A stretch of DNA of 64,000 nucleotides from Rhynchobatus australiae. Lineage: Eukaryota. The notes below the pieces were generated by a model that was given only the letters and a program-made list of their open reading frames with translations, made no database searches and had not been told where the DNA came from. This document shows, piece after piece, positions 1 to 10,800 of the stretch. Where the stretch lies: NCBI GenBank assembly GCA_034780895.1, contig JAUZTB010000069.1, forward strand, positions 13,043,419 to 13,107,418, written 5' to 3'. A program made the translations under genes and the position numbers. Positions within the stretch are counted from its first letter, which is position 1, and every line of letters starts with the position of its first letter.

Positions 1-394
1 CAGAGAGTACTGTATGCATTTACTGAATATCCTGGAATTTTACAGCAATTTCCAATGATCCCAGGTTATGTCCGCCATCCTCCTCTCACTCCTCAGCAAC
101 CCTTACGTGCACAGTTTGCTGAATTCACATGGGTCCCAGCTGGGAAAGAACTTGTGGATTCAGTACCAGAGACAGGGGATGGTGGACTCCCAGAGAGGAG
201 GGCTCCCTGGGGGTGGATGAGGCTCTTGTAGGGTTGGTTAATATCTCATCATCAGCAGAAACACTTTTTCCCCAAGGCTTCGACAGATCTTCCTCCAGTG
301 ACATACAACTGAATTATTCTCAATTTTCATAAAAATAAAGATAGAATGTAAAAAATATTAATGTAAGGACATTTCAGCTGTGTGTTTACCTTTT

Positions 395-700
395 GCTCAG
401 CGGATTGCCCTACCACTTCTGAGTCAGTAACTTGAAGGTTCAGATCCCACTCCAGAAACCTGAGCATTTATCCTCAACTCACAGTTGATGGCAGTACTGA
501 GGGAGTGCTGCACTGCTGGATGTGAGGTCTTCTGGAGGCCTTGCCACAGGTGGAAGTAAAAGTTGCCATGACATTTCGAGAAAGAGCAGAAAGATCCATT
601 CACTCCCCATTCCCCACCCTGTCCCTTGTACTGACAAATATTTCTTTCTCCACCAACATCACAAGCAGATTATCTGGTTGATAGTTGTGCTGTCTCAGGG
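395..700 (+). mobile_element. Decayed Deu-domain SINE (SacSINE1/AmnSINE-like)
   Basis: cagtactgagggagtgctgcactg Deu-core motif; related copies at ~2410-2680, ~47555-47980 (+) and ~60050-60420 (-). Confidence 0.6.
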
Positions 701-2679
701 ACTCCACTTCAGCCATGCTTGGAGACATCACGCCATCTTGAAAGGCACTGAACAATTCTTTCTACCCTCTTGAGAATGGGTGTGCCACAGAAAGGGGATG
801 TGGCCTTGCAGGTAGATGTTGGAACCGTGCTGTTATAAGGTTCCTTGGAAAATGGCAGACATTCCATGAAGCAAAAACTGAAAATGCTGGAAACACACAG
901 CAGGTCAGGCAGCATCCACAGAAAGAGAAATAGTTCATGTTTCTGCTTCAGGACTCTTCAGCAGGACAGTTCTACATATTGGTATTTCTAAACATTCTCA
1001 ACTTTTATCATATATCTGGAGTGCATTAATACCTGTATTTGGTCACCAAGAGTAACAGCACTTCAGAAAGTAATTTGACGCTGTGAGGGGCATTGAGTTC
1101 ATCCGAGGATGGGGTGGGTGCTTTGCTAAAGTGACCACTTAACAATTCTCTACCAATACAAATCCTGGTTAATGAATCATGGCAGTTAGAGACCTGAGTG
1201 CCACACAAAGCACTTGCACTGCTTCACTTAAGGCATTAGTGGGGATCAGCCACTATCATATTGTGGGGCAGCCTCAAAGGGCTGAATGGCCTATTTCTCC
1301 TATTGGTGATTGCTTCTTTGTTAATATATGTCAGCAGGTTCGATAAGAATGATGAAACCATTTTGTTTTAAAGAATTGGTTTTCACATACAATNNNNNNN
1401 NNNNNNNNNNNNNNNNNNNNNNNNNNNNNNNNNNNNNNNNNNNNNNNNNNNNNNNNNNNNNNNNNNNNNNNNNNNNNNNNNNNNNNNNNNNNNAATTGGT
1501 TTTCACATACAATGGTAAATTCATTAACCTACCCAGTGAGCAAAGTTCAAAGGGAGCATGGCTCAGATGTAAGAACACAACATCATTGTTGATTCCTTTG
1601 CTCCCTTCAAAAGTAGCTTCATGTGGGGTCAGTGTGTAAATTCATCAACCGCTTTTGATGTAGGTAGGCAAAGATTTTCAAAATGTATCTTTGTCTCCCG
1701 CAATAACTATGGAATCATGATTCCTCTAAACACTCTATGTAGTAGTGATATAAGTTCAATTTTTTACTCTGAAGTCTCACTCGGAAGCCGAACAAAGTAA
1801 ATCCTATCTGATGTATATGTAGTAACCAATGGAACTGTGTACATTAAACAGGTGTCTGATGGCTCGGCAGTATCAAAGACACAGGAGTAAGCAAACGACA
1901 GAGGCAACACAGCCTGGGAGAAACGCAGACCTCACCTATGAAGATGACAGGTTAGAAAAAGGCAAGGAGCTCAGTATTTCTGATCAGTATTACCTGCACT
2001 AAGAAAAAGAATTGGAACAGAGAAGCAGGAAAGTAAACAGTTTGGAGGGCTGGGAGTTATAATGCTCACGGCTTTTTCAACTTGTCTTTGATCGAGAAGA
2101 CAAAATGAATGTCCGCAGCTGAAAAAGCAGGATGACCAGAGTGAAAACAGTTGGAAGGAAGGTGAGGAAGTGGTGAACTTTGGGATGGAGGAGCCTGGAA
2201 GGGGAAGAGAAGGATGGGCATAGCGAGGGATATCCTGGTTTGAGGACGTTGGGGAAAGATAGAAGATATTTTAATGGGTCTGGGTTTTGACTGGATGTAG
2301 TGAGGACGTTAACAACTTGGTGGTTTAACTGACTCTAGGCATAGCTGTTCATTGGCTGATTGGAATGACACCATAGCGATGGATTTAGCCACCTCTTAGC
2401 AGCTTGCACATCTCCCTCTCAGTAGGTAGCTTGAAGGTTCAGGCCCCAATCCTCAAACTTGAGCATTTGATCTAGACTAACATTTCATGGCAGTACTGAG
2501 GGAGTGCTGTGCTGTTTTAGATGCTCTCTGTTGGATGACATGTTAAATGGAGACCCTCGTCTACAGCTGGAAATAATTAGTATTACCTGTTGGCATTGTC
2601 TCATGACATTTCATAAAAGTAGAGAGGATCCCCCACCCACCACCTGTCCTCCCATACCCAGGGTCCTGACAAATATTAT

Positions 2680-2940
2680 TAGGTGAACCCTGTGTTACCG
2701 GGGGGGGGGGCAGGGTGGTGTTGCAGTCCTAGAAAATGGGCCACGTCACTATTTTCCATAATGGGGATTCATGTCATCTGCACATGCATCAAGAAACACG
2801 AGTTGAAAGAAAAGATTTGTGTCGATTTATTTACATTTTTTCACACAAATTCCATTTATTCTGTATCTCCGATTTTTGTGTTGTGATTTGTGAATTCTGT
2901 AAGGGTGAATTTCCATAACCTGAACAGCTAGGCTCACCTG
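2680..2940. mobile_element. Tc1/mariner (Tigger-like) MITE
   Basis: Imperfect TIRs aggtgaaccc / ggctcacctg with TA flanks; interrupts the second Deu-SINE copy. Confidence 0.45.
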
Positions 2941-3659
2941 TATATATCACCCAACATAAAAAACACTCTAAAATTCCCCACGTTCTCACATGAATGTGAC
3001 CTCAGTCATGCTTTGGGACATCGAAAGTCATGAAAATCCCTGCACAATTCTTTCTATCTTCTTGTGAGTCGCTGTGCCACAAAGAGGAGATGTAACCTTG
3101 CTCGTAAATGTCGACATTGTGCCGTTTCAGGGTTCCTTGGTAAACAGCATACTTGAGATAAAGAGATGAATGACTGTTAATCCTGTCATAGCTCTTCTAG
3201 GCTTGAGAGCCTAAACTCTCCTCTTCCATGGGCTAACCCTTCCTCAACGTCTGCCTCAACCCAACCCTTCTTCCAGAGTGGGGCTATTACAGATGAGAGA
3301 AGAAAGGTTAGTTGAACATTTTAATCTCAGAAGAATTGCAACAAATGAGTAAAGTTAAATTAAATCCAAAAAGAATACAGAGATAAGGAAGAATAGGATA
3401 CACCAGGATTTTTATTGTATTAGAAAATATTGTTTTAAGTGTTCACTTCAGCTACTGAGAAGCGGCATCTCATCAATAAACCTGCTTCTGCTGTTTGAGG
3501 AGTTTTACTTTTGTCATTACAGTGCAAGAACAAAAAAAAGAAATTGTCAACCCCACACAACAACTGTTTATCCAACCCCAGTGACCATAAAATCTTTGTT
3601 ATATATATTCAATATTAAAATTCAATGCAGGAAAAAATAGGGATATTCAACAGCATCAT

Positions 3660-4020
3660 AACTATAGAACATAGAACACTATAGCACAGTCCAGGCCCTT
3701 CAGCCCACAATGTTGTGCCAACATTTTATCCTGCTCTAAGATCTATCTNNNNNNNNNNNNNNNNNNNNNNNNNNNNNNNNNNNNNNNNNNNNNNNNNNNN
3801 NNNNNNNNNNNNNNNNNNNNNNNNNNNNNNNNNNNNNNNNNNNNNNNNNNNNNNNNNNNNNNNNNNNNNNNNNNNNNNNNNNNNNNNNNNNNNNNNNNNN
3901 NTGACATCCCCCTTATACCTTCCTCCAATCACTTTAAAATTATGTCCCCTCGTGTTAGCCATTGTCGCCCTGGGAAAAAGTCTCTGCCTCTCCACTCGAT
4001 CTATGCCTCTTATCATCTTA
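3660..4020 (-). mobile_element. CR1-type LINE 3' fragment
   Basis: Minus translation KMIRGIDRVERQRLFPR...TRGHNFKVIGGRYKGDV typical of CR1 ORF2 C-terminus; tail gggctgaagggcctg..ctgtgct. Confidence 0.8.
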
Positions 4021-4089
4021 TTCAGATAAAATACTTGCATTTAAAAAGTTGTGTTCTTCTACCCTCCACCCATTATCCTCATCATCCAG

Positions 4090-4809
4090 GAACGATGGAA
4101 AGGTCAGTGCTGGCAACATCCAAGTCCAGTTTACTCAGGAGCGATGTGGGAGAGAGCAAGACAGCCATGATTGATGGGTCCTACAGCAACTCAAACCACA
4201 GAGTCTTGACTTCAGTGGACATTCCAGCCTCCTTAGTAGAGACCAGGAGGAACTCAAGCTGGTCTTGCGATGGAGGCCAGAAAAATATAAAGGTCGAGAG
4301 TGGCTATCTGTTGAGTGAGTCTTTGAATACAAACAATCCCTTACAAAACCCAGGTTCTGACAATGGAGATGGGACACACAAGGGAAACATTCTGATGAGA
4401 AGGATACGTCGAGGAGCTGAGAGAATGGATAATACTGTGCAGAGTAGACAACAGATTAACCACAAATCTTCCAGCAGTAATGAAAATACCACGAGGAAAC
4501 TGTTTGAGAACCAAAGAAGGTTTTGGAAGAAAGGTACTTCAGATGCAGGCAGGAGAAGCAGTGATCAAGAAAGTGAGAACAGTAGTACCTCTAGTAAAGG
4601 CCGCAAGGTGAAGAAGAAAACAAAGAGGAAGAGAGTAAGGAAATGGGAAGCAAGAGAGGAAACTGAGATAAACAGTGCAAGGCTTGCTGACCGTGTGGAT
4701 GAGGGCGTTAGGAAGAAGATGTGGGACAGAGGGAGGACTCTGAAGAAAAGAGGCTATCTGGAAGTCCAAAGTGCTGTCTCTGTAATACAGAAAGAAGCAG
4801 TAGAAGATG
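4090..4809 (+). CDS. LRR gene exon (S/R/K-rich, contains basic cluster KGRKVKKKTKRKRVRK)
   Basis: Pyrimidine tract ...cattatcctcatcatccag acceptor; inside 292-aa ORF 3942-4820; donor GAT G|gtgagg, phase 1-1; alternative acceptor at 4025 possible. Confidence 0.65.
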
Positions 4810-7800
4810 GTGAGGAATGAGTGTGATATGCTTCATTAATTGCGCACAGAAAGCAGGACAACGGTGTGAGGGAAGGGGTGGAATTTACCTGTGCCATTGT
4901 GTACACAGGGTGACAACACACAGTTTAATGCCTCCTGAACTTTATTCCCATGAATGTAGATCTAAATTCATGCATTTTGCACTATGACACAAAGCCAGAA
5001 TTTACTGCAATAAGATTACAATGCTAGATTACATCTCTGCCTTAAAATATTTGAAGGATGCCACTGTCAGTTATGTTTCCTGATGACAAAACCGAAGCCA
5101 TGTATAGTAAGCATGCTGATTGACATCCATGCAAAGCATTAGCCTTCATTCTTAAGCAGAAGTTTTCTCCACCTTCCTTGAGATTTTTTTCTGTGGTTGA
5201 TTCCATAATGATCACTGTCAAAAGTTAACATTCTTCACACATGGGCCTGGAGAAAGAAAAGGGCCTTGCTGCCCAGTGTGGGTTAAAACAGTCAGCCTGA
5301 GTCTTGATGGTCAGAATGGTCTTTGACAGTGATTGTTGGCTGGGACAGCCATAACTAGATAAACAACATGGGTCTAGACACCTCAGGTCCTAACAGATGA
5401 TATAAATTTGACAGTCATTGTGTGCCTAGCAGATGAGAATGATCCTTGACACCCTGTATGACCGTAGACAGGCAGTACATAACTGGACAGCCAATAGGGA
5501 CTAAACAGTCAGCATGGTAATCAACCACAAGCCTGGATGATTAAAAAGGTCCTTGGCAGCCTGATCCTCGAGAGCTAGCATGAGGTCAGACAGTCAGGAG
5601 AGCCCTCTGAACTGGCAAGTAATAGGTGGAACCAGGTGAGGGGGGTTAATGGGCAGATGGAGTCAGGTGAGCAGTTGGAACCATAGGACAGCAAAGGAAC
5701 AGTCCCTTCAGCCCACGATGTCTGCGTTGACCAAATGAAGCCAATCCCATCTCCCTGCACATGATCCATATCACTCCATTCCCTTCATGTCCATATGAGT
5801 GTCTAAATGCCTCTTTAATAACACTATCATGTCTGCTTCCACATGATTCATATAAGATAGCCATTATATGCAACACAGATAGAGGCCACTAAGTAATATA
5901 AAGGGAAATATCCATTAATGATTCTGTCATCAGAGTTCAAGACTATTGATGGCAAGTGTTGCTTGTAAAATGCTCACTTGACTAACAATCAGAATGAGGG
6001 TTGTACTGGGAGCAGTCTGGTGCGTAGACTTATAGTGCCTTTGGTCATGAGACCACTGGGAGAGAAAACTCTATCATTTTGGTTTTGGTTACCTGTGCTG
6101 TGTGAGTGGGTTGCCATTGCTTACAACCACTACCACATTTGATCAACTTACTTTAGCCCGTTTATGACTTCCCTGTCAAAACCCAGCATACTCAGTGCAT
6201 TTTACTTGTGAATTTGCAGAAAACGACCTGTCAGGTTTCTTGGGAGATGATGACAAAAGTCCTGACAACAATCCGAACAGCTTGAAAGGAGAAGAGGTAA
6301 CTGTGCAAGATCCAGAGGGACTGCTCAAGGATGGCATTCCGGCGCACAACTCAACANNNNNNNNNNGCGGATCTGAAACAAGGAGACATTTTTGCTGGAG
6401 ACCTGAGTGATGAACACACAGAGGAAAACCTAAAAGGCAGTCACATCAAAAACACAGAGCGACTCTGTAATGAGAGGAAGCAGCAATTCAAGGACAATGA
6501 AGCTGGAATCCATCTTGGTGAAGACAAGCAGATTGAAGAAGATGGTAGGTGGCAAATTGTTAGAGAGTTGACTGCTGTTCTTGTTAACAAAATACTTAAT
6601 CCATCATCATGACCTCAAATGATATCATCAATCTAAGTGGGATCTGGAGGCAGTACTCTGCTGTTTGCTCAGAATCTAAAGGATAACAACATGGAAACAT
6701 GGTATTCACTTAGGTCAGTGCCAACGTTTGTGTTCTGCAAGTCTCATTCCTCCTGAACCTCATGGTGTGGACTTTTATTCCCTTCCCTTTCGTAAATACA
6801 TCCAGGTTCTCTTTAAATCTCTGATATTTGCCTTAGCCAATGCTTCCATGTACTAACCACCCAATGGGTAAAGATATTTCTGCTGAATTGACGGCTCGAT
6901 TTATTGGTGATTATCTTGTATTAATCACCTCTAGTTCTGGTTGTCCACATGATTGGAACCACCTTCCCAAAGTCAAATAATCTCAATCTTAAAAACCTTA
7001 TCAGTCTTCTCTTTAGAGTTCTGGCCTGTTCAATCATTCTTATAAGAATAACCTCTCAATTCTGTTACCATTCTTGCACCAATGCCTCTATACAGGTCCT
7101 CCCTGGGTCACAAATGCCCGACCTATGGATACTCCCCTCGCCCCCTCCCTTAGCCACAACAAGCAGAATCAGATTTATCATCACTGCTGTGTCATGAAAT
7201 TTGTTGCTCTGCGGCAGCAGTACAGTGCAAAGATGAGAGATAAGATTTCTCTATTAGTCACATGTACATCGAAACACACCGTGAAATACATCTATTTGCG
7301 TAGAGTGTTCTGGGGGCAGCCAGCAAGTGTTGCCACACTTCCAGTGCCAACATAGCATGCCCACAACTTCCTAACCAGTACATCTTTGGAATGTGGGAGG
7401 AAACCGGAGCACCCGGAGGAAACNNNNNNNNNNNNNNNNNNNNNNNNNNNNNNNNNNNNNNNNNNNNNNNNNNNNNNNNNNNNNNNNNNNNNNNNNNNNN
7501 NNNNNNNNNNNNNNNNNNNNNNNNNNNNNNATGTGGGAGGAAACCGGAGCACCCGGAGGAAACCCACGCAGACATAGGGAGAATGTACAAACTCCTTACA
7601 GACAGTGGTGGGAATTGAACCTGGGGCGCTGGCGCTGTAATAGCGTTACGCTAACCACTACAAAATTCCTATAAATTACATAAATAAATAAATAATGCAA
7701 AAGAAAAAGAATAATAGGGTCGTGTTTGTGGGTTCATGGACCGATCAGATATCTGATGGCGCAGGGGAAGAAGCTGTTTCTGAATTGTTGAGAGTGGGCC

Positions 7801-10800
7801 TTCAGGCTCCTGTATCTCCTCCCCGATGGTAGTAACGAGAAGAAGGCATGTCCTAGATGGTGCAGGTCCTTAGAGATGGATGCTGCCTTCTTCAGTCACC
7901 ACATCTTAGCGGGGAGGGTTGTGCCCGTGATGGAGCTGGCTGAGTCTATAACCCTCGCAGCCTCTTGTGATCCTGCGTATTGGTGCCTCCGTACCAGGCT
8001 GTGATGCAGCTCTCCACCCTACACCTACAGAAATTTGTGAGAGCCTTTGGTGACATATTGAATCTCCTCAAACTCCTAATGAAGCAAAGCCGCTGGCGTG
8101 CCTTCTTTATGACTGCATCAATGTTTTGGGCCAAGATGTTGATGCCTAGGAACTTGAAGCTGCTCACCCTATCCACCACTGACTCCTCAAAGAGGACTGG
8201 TTCTCCCGACTTCCTCTTCCTGAAGTCTACGATCTACTCCTTGGTCACACTCAGTCAGGGACTAGTTCGAGCTAAGCAGAGCTGGGAGCACTGAGCAGAC
8301 TTGCTCAAGCAGTGAGTTCAGCTGGCAGCCACCCTTCCCACGCCTGCTCGCTCTCCCGTCAAAGCTATTTCTGTGATCTTGTCCCACAAACCATTTTTTG
8401 TTCATTTCTTACTTAGAAACAGTTTTCAGGAACGGAACCCTGTCATAATCTGGGGACTGCCTGTATTGCAAAAGTATTCCATGCCAGAGAATACAAACAT
8501 TCCCACATTCAAATATCCAGTCATGCTGCAGAGCACTCTCTGGGTTGGAATAGAATAAGCAGGGCCTGAGTAAATCTTTCTGTATACTGCCTCGAGACTA
8601 TCTCTCTTCTCCAAGTTCAGAGTCACACTGCTACTCTATGAGTGTGACTGTGTTCCATTTCCTAAAGGACGACCCTGTGGTACTTCCAAGGAAGATTGAT
8701 GTTATTAATAAATTGGGGCCAGTTCTGTAGATGCACCCCTCAGGGATCAAATCACCGTGACAGGTTACAAGCGCTTTCGGTTTCCAATCTTAGCTTTGTT
8801 TAAATTTCCTGGCCCACTTTCCATCATCATCTGCCCTAAAGAGGCAAAGTATAAAGGGAAACTAAGCAGCTTAACTGAGGGGGAACAGAGGAATCTGGGT
8901 CTGTATCTAACTGTGCTGAACAGATCTTAGAGAACTTCCGGAAAGAAAAATTGGCACATACTTGGTACAATGCATTTTGAAGCCATGCTCCACGTCATCT
9001 CTCTTACTGTAATATTTCAAGGGATTATCTTTGTTCTCTAGGTACGCCCATTGGTGTTTCTAGACTGGAGCTGTCTGCACGGATTCGAGAGAAGCTTGCA
9101 TCAGCCCTCAAACATGCCGAGGCCATCTGGTCTGAGCCAGAGCTCAGTGAAACAAGTGAGGCTAGCGGAAGTGACGACGGGAAGGAGACCGAGGATGTAA
9201 AGAAAAAACTTGTGCAAGAAAGGCAGCAAATAACAAGTAAGTCCTACAGCAATGCAAAGTGGGAAGTGGCTTTACAATGAATATAAAAGTGGCACGAGGG
9301 AAAAGGCCAGCTGGACCATCAGCTCCGTCCCACATCACAACACCTGGACCATTATTGCTAAAGACTCCTTTCAGACACCTCCCTCCATCATGTAGTCTCT
9401 TGGGAAAGGCAAACAAAAGCAGATAATACCACGGTCAATAGGGAATAACACGCTGGAAAATTTCTTTCCAGACATCTCAGGTGGACCAATCCACTCCACA
9501 AGATTACATTGCCCAGAGTTACCCATGATGCAGCCTCTGGCCCAGTCAGGAATTGGTTCAGCTTCCTGACACTTGCTTACATCTTCAATCATTAATTTGA
9601 GGTTCTATTTGCTTTCTCTGAATTCCTTGCATCAGGATCGATTTATTTATTTATTATTTGACATTTCATTGAATTGGCCTTTTTCACCCCACCTTGAGGG
9701 AATTAGACAACAAGCTCACTCACAAAAAAAATAGTGCAGGTTACTTCAAATTTAAATCTTGTTAGGTTTGTTTGCTTAAGGGACAGGTACTTACCTTTGG
9801 TTTGCTCCTATTATTTTGGGGAAAGTAGTTCTTGGCTAATCTTGAGCCATCCATTCAGGCCTCTTGTATCTCAGCTTGGATCCCCTTCAGCAGTTGCTGG
9901 GCCTCAGCTACATATTGTCCTCAGCTCTGGAATCCCCCTCCACCTCCTCACATTGCTTTCCTCCTTCAAAAGAATTTCTTAAAAACTGTGTGCTGCCCTG
10001 TCTTGTGTTGCATGGTGTCAAATTTTATTTAATTTTGTTCTTGTGAAGCACCTAATGATGTTTAAATGCATCAAAGGTGCATGTTATTCACCCTTATGTG
10101 ACATAGCTTCCTTTAATAACAGCAATGTATACAATATATAGCACCTATAACATTGTAAAACATCCCAAGTTTGATGTGGAGCCCTTATCATTACAAGCGT
10201 GAGGGCCTCATTGAAGACTCACACATAACTCTGTGTTATAGGTGCATTTTAAAGATTGTTGCTTATGTCATGCCCACACCCCTCCCCTGGAGGATTTCAG
10301 GCCAATTGAAGTTGCACAGGCGTATGGCCAAGCAGAGAAAAGGGGTTTGAAAACAAGGATTAGAATTTTAATTGGAGACACAAGAGACTGCAGATGCTGG
10401 AATCTGAAGCAAAAGACAAACTACTGGAGGAACAACAGGTTAGGCAGCATCTGTAGCGGGTAATGGACAGTCAACGTTTCTGGTCAAGACCCTTCACCTG
10501 TTCTATATTTGCTTAGCTACTGTATTAGTTAACAAAATTAAATCTCATAAAATGAAATATACATAGACTGATTCAATACTTGAATAATTTAAGCACGTCA
10601 CGAAAAGTGACACCACTGAACTTAATGTCCACCTTCTTGATCACCAGTGCACTAAACGTGCAGTGTACACTTGATACACTGCAACAGCACAACCAGCTCA
10701 CGTCGACAGCACCAAGTCCCCATCACCAAACAGATAACTCTTTTACTACTGCTCAAAATTAATTTCATCTCCATTGAATTTAAAAAGATCAATTAGCTAC

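Larger units (their letters stand above)
7093..8463. mobile_element. Tigger-like DNA element split by nested LINE and SINE
   Basis: TA-caggtcctccctgggtcac ... ataatctggggactgcctg-TA termini. Confidence 0.5.

Noticed and set aside
1374-1513. Direct repeats flanking 100-N gaps (also ~7391/7531, 47240/47350, 50467/50578, 54223/54336)
   Set aside because: The same sequence on both sides of fixed-size gaps is an assembly overlap artefact, not a TSD or biological repeat.
6357-6366. Apparent frameshift in the LRR gene exon suggesting a pseudogene
   Set aside because: Falls exactly on a 10-N placeholder gap of unknown true length.
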